64,000 nucleotides of DNA, from NCBI RefSeq assembly GCF_009914755.1, contig NC_060925.1. One strand, given 5' to 3'. Positions 57,383-64,000 of the stretch are shown here, piece after piece; within the stretch, counting starts at the first letter, position 1, and each line of letters opens with the position of its first letter. Source of the DNA: the human T2T-CHM13v2.0 reference genome, Homo sapiens. The notes under the pieces were generated by a model. It was not told the origin of the DNA and ran no database searches. It saw nothing but the letters and a program-made list of their open reading frames with translations. A program made the translations under genes and the position numbers.

Positions 57383-59388
57383 GTGCCCTAGAATACACTG
57401 GGAAGCCATTTAAGGTGTTTGGGTCAAATATAGAGTGATTTGAGGTTTCTCCTTAGTTTAGCGCTCCTCAGTAAGACAGCCCTCCCAGGTTAACCCATTT
57501 TACACTAGGTTTTTAAGATAAAAACCACCTAGGGCTCATGGGCTCAACATTTTGGGTCTTGTCACCATAAATATTTATGAAGCACCTCTCTTGTGCAAGG
57601 CAGTGTGGCCTGAGTGGAGATGGTTTGGATATTCCAAAATGGAACCAGTTTTCCAGAATATGGAAGAAAGCTTCACTGTTGAGCACATTTTCTAAACTTT
57701 CGTGTAAATCAACGTAGGGGTTTTTGAAATTCCTTTTATACCTGTACCAATCATCAGTATAATCGCAACGTTTGCAGCAGTGGATGGTGAACTGAAAGAA
57801 GCAAAGCAGATAGATTCAATGGTCACTGAAAATCACATGTTCAAATTCAAAATGAATGTTTGGTTTTAAAAAAGCATTAGATCTATAATAATTATTCTTA
57901 ATTGATTATAGTTTGGTGTCAATTCTGTAACTCAAAGTACTTCTAATGTTTCTAGCTTGTAGTATTTCTAGTGCTTTCAGATGAGTTATCATCCTTATAA
58001 TTAGCAATATATATGAAAGTTTAACAATTTTTTAAATAGTTTTTCGTTTGTTCCTAAGAAGGTAAAGCATGATTCCTATAATCTCATTCACATAATACTT
58101 TCAGTTGGAAAATCATCTTCAACATGGTATAACAATAATCTCATTGAAGTATAATTAGCACAAATTCAGACGAAGTGCTATTGTTTAATGAGTTTTATAT
58201 TTTTAAAAGTAAATTAATTAGGCCTCATGCATACTTCCCGGGAATCTGAAAGAGCTGATCATATCAGTTACTGTGGAGGGAGGTTTTCCTCACCCTGCCC
58301 ATGAACTGCAGGGACAACAACATGGCAAAGGCTGGCCATCCTTCTTGGCTGATACTTTACTTTTACACCTTTCTTCTTTGATTGATTTTTTTTTTCCTGT
58401 ATAGGAAAATATTTCCATGGGCCTTAACTTCAGGAAACCTAAATTTCAAGTTCACCTTTACCAAGGGAACCTGGATCAGTGGTTACATCAACTTCTTTGT
58501 GGCACTTGCACACAAGAGACAGGGTCTCTCTCTGTCACCCAGGCTGGAGTACAGTGACACAATCATAGCTCACTGCAACCTTGAAGTCTTGGGTTCAGGT
58601 GATCCTCCCACCTTAGTCTCTTTTTACCTTGATGTGACTCCATTTGTCCATTTTTTGCTTTGATTGCTTCTGCTTACTCAATAATTCTTTGCTCAGACCA
58701 ATGGCCTAGATGGGTTTCCCAGTGTTTTCTTGCAGTAGTTTCATAGTTTGATGTCTTAAGATTTAAGTCTGTAATACATTTAGAAAATTATCTTAGTTGA
58801 TCACTTATTTGGAATTAAGCTGTGTCTTTGGGAATAGCAAATGTATAGTATAGAATGTGTTGCTTGGTTATGTCTAAGCTTGGGTTCAGAGAGTTATGCA
58901 AATAAAACAACAAGCAAAGTGCTGCCATCCTCTTCGTAAGGACCATGTGTGCAGCTGGGTCAGAGGAAGGGCTGGAAGCCCAGCCCCAGTGCCGGCTACC
59001 TTTCTGACTGTAAGCAAAGTCTTATCACAGCTTGATGCCTCTGTGTTCCTATCTGCCAAATGGATGCAAAACCCCGTGTCTTGGGCTGCAATGAGAATGA
59101 AAGGAGACAGGGTAGGTGGTCAAGCTCAGTAAGGGGTCCATCATGTCACTCTGGTACTTGAGACGGGGACTGGTAGCAATGAGCCTTCTGGGCCTTCCGT
59201 GGCACTGAAGCAGGGGTCATGGGGGCCACTGGGTGGCGCCAGCGACGCTCAACCGGCAAAGAGGGGAAGGGAGAAAGCAGAGCCCAGGGAGGGCTGGAGG
59301 GAGTCTGGTCTTGAGCCAGAAAACCACAGGGGGATGGGCCGCCGATGGGCCCAGGAAATAGAGGTGGCTACCAAGAGCAAAAACAGTG

Positions 59389-59958
<570 letters not shown>

Positions 59959-60074
59959 CATTTTTGTTTTTCACTGAAGTCCATTGTCTATCTTCTCTCT
60001 CACACATATTTTTCTCTTTCTCCTTTTTTTCTGTTTCTCTCTTTATTTAAAATCCTGGTGAGGCCCATTATACA

Positions 60075-61558
60075 CAATTGACCAGTGAGCAACATAGGTT
60101 TGAGCTGCATGGGTCCACTTATACTCGAACTTTTTTCAGTAAGTCTCTCCTGCCTCCCTTTCCATCCCCTCCATCTCTTCCACCTCTGCCACCCCTGAGA
60201 CAGCAAGACCAACTCCTCCTCCTCCACCTCCTGTTCTTCCTCCTACTCCTCAGCTACTCAATGTGAGGATGAGGAGGATGAAGACCTTTAGGATGATCCA
60301 CTTCCACTTAATGAATAGGAAATGCATTTTCTTTTCTTATGATTTTCTTAGTAATATTTTCTTTTCTCTAGTTTATTATAATACAGTATGTATTCTTATG
60401 CATGATGTATACATATATGTATTCATATTCTTATACATACTGTATTCTTATAACATATATACATATAACATACAAAATATGTGATAATTAGCTGTTTATG
60501 TTATTGGTAAGGCTTCTGGTCAACAGCAGGCTATTGAGAGGTGACAACCTGCCAGCAGCCCTCGCTCGCTCTCGGCGCCTCCTCGGCCTCGGAGTCCGCT
60601 CTGGCCACGCTCGAGGAGCCCTTCAGCCCGTCGCTGAGCTGTGGGGACCCGTCTCTGGGGCTGGCCGAGGCCGGAGCCGGCTCCCTCTGCTTCCGGGGAG
60701 GTGTGGAGGGAGAGGCGCCTGCGGGAGCTGGGGCTGCACGCGGCGCCCGCGGGCCGGCACGGGTTCTGGATGGGCGCGGGCTTGGGGGACCCCGCACTGG
60801 GCGCGGCCAGCCGGCGCCTGCTGGGCTTGACTTGGGGATGAGCTCCCTCTGGGCTGCCAGAGTGCCCAGGCTAGGTGCCACAAAGTCCCGTGGCAAGTGC
60901 CAGTGAGAAGTGAAGCCGGCTGGGCTTCTAGGAGAGGTGGGGACTTGGAGAACTTTTCTGTTTAGCTAAAGGATTGTAAACGCACCAATCAGCATTCTGT
61001 GTCTAGCTAAAGGTTTGTAAATGCACCAATCAGCGCTCTGTCAAAATGGACCAATCAACTCTCTGTAAGATGGACCAATCAGCTCTCTGTAAAATGGACC
61101 AATCAGTAGGATGTGGGCGGGGCCAGATAAGGGAATAAACGCAGGCCACCCTGGCCAGCAGAGGTAAACTGCTGGGGTTTCCTTCCACGTTGTGGCGGCT
61201 TTGTTCTTTCGGTGTTTGCAGCAAATCGTGCTGCAGTTCACTCTTTGGGTCTGCGTGGCGTTTGTGAGCTGTGGACACTCACCGGGAAGGTCTGCAGCTT
61301 CACTCTTCAAGTCAGCGAGACCACGAACCTATGGGGAGGGATGAACAACTCCCAACGCGCCGACTTTAAGAGCAGTAACTTTCACCGCGAGGGTCCGTGG
61401 GTCCGCGGCTTCATTCTTGAAGTCAGAGGCCAAGAACCCACCAATTATGGCCACACTATCCGTAGGGAAATTTTTCGGGAGTTGAAAGTTAAAGGTGGAT
61501 TTTCGAGTGCATGAGTGGTGAGTGCCCACAACCCCGGCATTGTTCAAAAGTCAGCTGT
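60075..61558. mobile_element. Tigger2-family DNA transposon interrupted by an LTR12
   Basis: TIR-like caattgacc..tgagcaac at the start and ttgttcaaaagtcagctg at the end; gcatgggtccacttatac. Confidence 0.75.
60535..61455 (+). mobile_element. Solo LTR12 (LTR12E/D-like), CpG-rich 5' part
   Basis: TGAGAGGTGACA...CCACCAATTATGGCCACA; 4-bp TSD CTAT at 60531-60534 and 61456-61459; accaatca repeats at ~60980-61105. Confidence 0.9.
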
Positions 61559-62371
61559 ATACCTATTACATGTGTAGATGAATAGTATTTCCTGATGTTT
61601 GTGTTATTTTTCTTCTTACATTTTTCTTTACCTTTTTTCACAGTTCAAACAAGCTTTGTTTTTTTGTCTCAAAAGTTGGCAGCGGGGCAGCAAGCAAGAA
61701 ATCACCAGCAAAATGTTTCCCTCTCAGACTTTTGTTTTCAATGATTGAAGCCCAAGCCAGGGTAGGATTTGCAGGAGGAGGCAGAGGGAGCAGGAGGGCG
61801 TGAAGCCTTCCCAATCTAGTAAGGAAGTTCTCTTCAGGGCAGAGGGAGAGCAAAACCCCAGAGGGGTGCAATCTTGCAAAAGGTCAATGAGCCACAAACA
61901 CAGATGGGCTCAGAAGCTATAGCCTCCATAGCTTAGCACAGAGACCCGTGGAATCTGAAGGTGCTGCTGGGATGGGCAAGAGGGACAACTCAGCAGCTTC
62001 TCATCTGTTCCTGTGACTAATGACCGGGGGAAGCCCCCGGCCTCCGTACTGGTCTTGGGGCAGTGTCCCCAGCCATGACAGAAGCTAAGGCTGGGGTTGA
62101 TGATATTTAACCAGGCCCTGCTCCTTCCTTACATTTGGAACTGATTGGGAAGTAGACACAAGAGGCAAGTGGATGGGAATACAAATAACTTTATTCCCAA
62201 TAAACTTGGGCTTCAGGCTGTGCCTGGCCAGGCGGGCTTGTCTCTCCTTCTCTTGCCAGTTCTAGATATAGGTGGGAGCAACAGAAAAGCCTGCATATCC
62301 CGCAGGCTTTGAGCCTGGAAGTGGGATTACTTTGTAGTATTAGTTTGGGGTATTTATGTTTGTCCGAAGTA

Positions 62372-62915
62372 CAGTCACATATTGATTACCAACGGGGATA
62401 CATTCTGAGAAGTGCATTGCTAGGCGATTTCGTGGTAGTGGGAACATCATAGAGAGTAATTACGCACACCTAGATGCTGTGGCCTACTGCACACTCGGGC
62501 TACGTGGTACAGCCCGTCACTCCTAGGCTACAATCCTGCACAGTCCCTACAATCCTAGGGACTGTCCTGAGGACTGCAGGCAGCTGTAACACAAGGGTAA
62601 CTGTATCTAAACATATCTCAACATAGAAAAGATAACAGTGAAAATATGGTATAAAAGATGAAAAATCATCACCTATATAGAGCGTTTAGCATGAATGGAG
62701 CTTTCAGTACTGGAAGTTGCTCTGGGTGTCAGCGAGTGAGTGGTGAGTGAATGTGAAGGCCTAGGACGCTACTGTGCACTATGGGAGACCTTAGAGACAC
62801 TGTTTGCTTAGACTATGCTCAATTTATTTTAAAAATTTTCTTCATTAATAAATTCACCTTAGCTTACTGTAACTGTTGTACTTTATAAACCTTTTAATAT
62901 TTCAAAACTTTTTGA
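62372..62915 (+). mobile_element. Tigger3/MER7-family DNA transposon fragment
   Basis: aacggggatacattctgagaagtgcattgctaggcgatttcgt...gaacatcatagag...cacctagatg. Confidence 0.8.
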
Positions 62916-62917
62916 AG

Positions 62918-63985
62918 ATTGGGCACAGTGGCACATGCCTGTAATCCTAGCACTTTGGGAGGCTGAGGCAGGAGGATTGCTTGAGCCCAGAAATTCGAGA
63001 CCAGCCTGGGCAACATGGTAAGACCCTGTCTCTACAAAAATTTTTTAAAACTTAGCCAGGCATGGTGGCTTGTACAGCACAATTCCATATCCCTACTCAT
63101 TTTTTGACTGCTTGTTCTAACAATTACTGAAAAGGAGTATTAAAATGTCCCATTATTCTTGTGAATTTGTCTGTTTCTTTTAGAGTTGTGGACCATTTTT
63201 AGTTAAAATATATTTTGTTTGTTTTACAGATGGGGGTCTCACTGTGTTGTGCAGGCTGGCCTCAAAAACTTCTGGGCTCAAGCAATCCTCACACTTCAGC
63301 CTCCCAAGTAGCTGGGACTACAGGTGTGTGCTGCCATGCCCAGCTGATTCACATAATTCCAAGTTACGCTTTTTGCCTTAACATCCATCTTTATTTGATA
63401 TCATTATGGCTATACTAGCTTTCTTTTGATTGGTGTTTGCATAGTATATCTTTTTCCATTTGTAAAGTTTTATTCTTTATATAGCTTTGTGTTCAAGATG
63501 TTATGCTCATAAGCAGCATATGACTGTTATTTATGTTGTTATCCAGTTCAAAAACCTGTATATTTCATTTAGGGATCTTGATCCATTTATATTTAACATA
63601 ATTAATAATATGTTCAGGTTTAAATTTTCCATCTTACTATTTACTTTGATTTGTTCTACCCCTTTTATGTTTAGTTTTGTCTCATTTCTTTTTTTTTTTT
63701 TTTTGAGACGGAGTTTCCCTCTTTTGCCCAGGCTGGAGTGCAGTGGTGTGATCTCGGCTGACTGTGACCTCCACCTTCCAGTTTCAAGCAATTCTCTTGC
63801 CTCAGTCTCCTGAGTAGCTGGGATTACAGGTGCCCGCCACCCCGCCCGGCTAATTTTTGTATTTTTTAGTAGAAACAGGGTTTCACCATGTTGGCCAGGC
63901 TAGTCTGGAACTCCTGACCTTGTGATCCGCCTGCCTCGGCCTCCCAAAGTGTTTGGATTACAGGCATGAGCCACTGCACCCGGCC
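62918..63985. mobile_element. Alu fragments (+ 62918-63070; - 63225-63345), old L1 fragments, AluS (-) 63687-63985
   Basis: Alu sequence; L1-like aaggagtattaaaatgtcccattattcttgtgaatttgtctgtttct. Confidence 0.75.
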
Positions 63986-64000
63986 TGTCTCATTTCATTT

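Noticed and set aside
60498-61547. Cluster of 80-120 aa ORFs
   Set aside because: Within the second LTR12; same compositional artefact.

Overview
Human (or very closely related hominoid) genomic DNA. The first ~21 kb holds the 3' part of GNPAT (peroxisomal dihydroxyacetone-phosphate acyltransferase) on the + strand: 14 coding exons (exons 3-16 by my recollection of the gene model), all with GT-AG boundaries and consistent phases, ending in the PTS1 signal AKL-stop at 20806. The remaining ~43 kb is intergenic and dense in repeats: many Alus, L1/L2/MIR, MER2/MER5/MER20/MER44/Tigger DNA transposons, MLT/MST LTRs, a decayed ERVL-type gag-pro-pol remnant, two solo LTR12 elements and a split 5S rRNA pseudogene. 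The most unusual feature is a ~13.7 kb strand-asymmetric degenerate tandem array (~38975-52660) built on a 14-bp monomer (CTGGCCTTACCCAC / CTGGCCTTAACCTC). Its central ~9.5 kb is six ~1.5 kb higher-order copies. It carries a 48-bp-arm hairpin in one copy and many 5'-splice-site/U1-like motifs. I do not recognise it as a named satellite family. Repeat family names and most repeat boundaries are by-eye recognition and are approximate.
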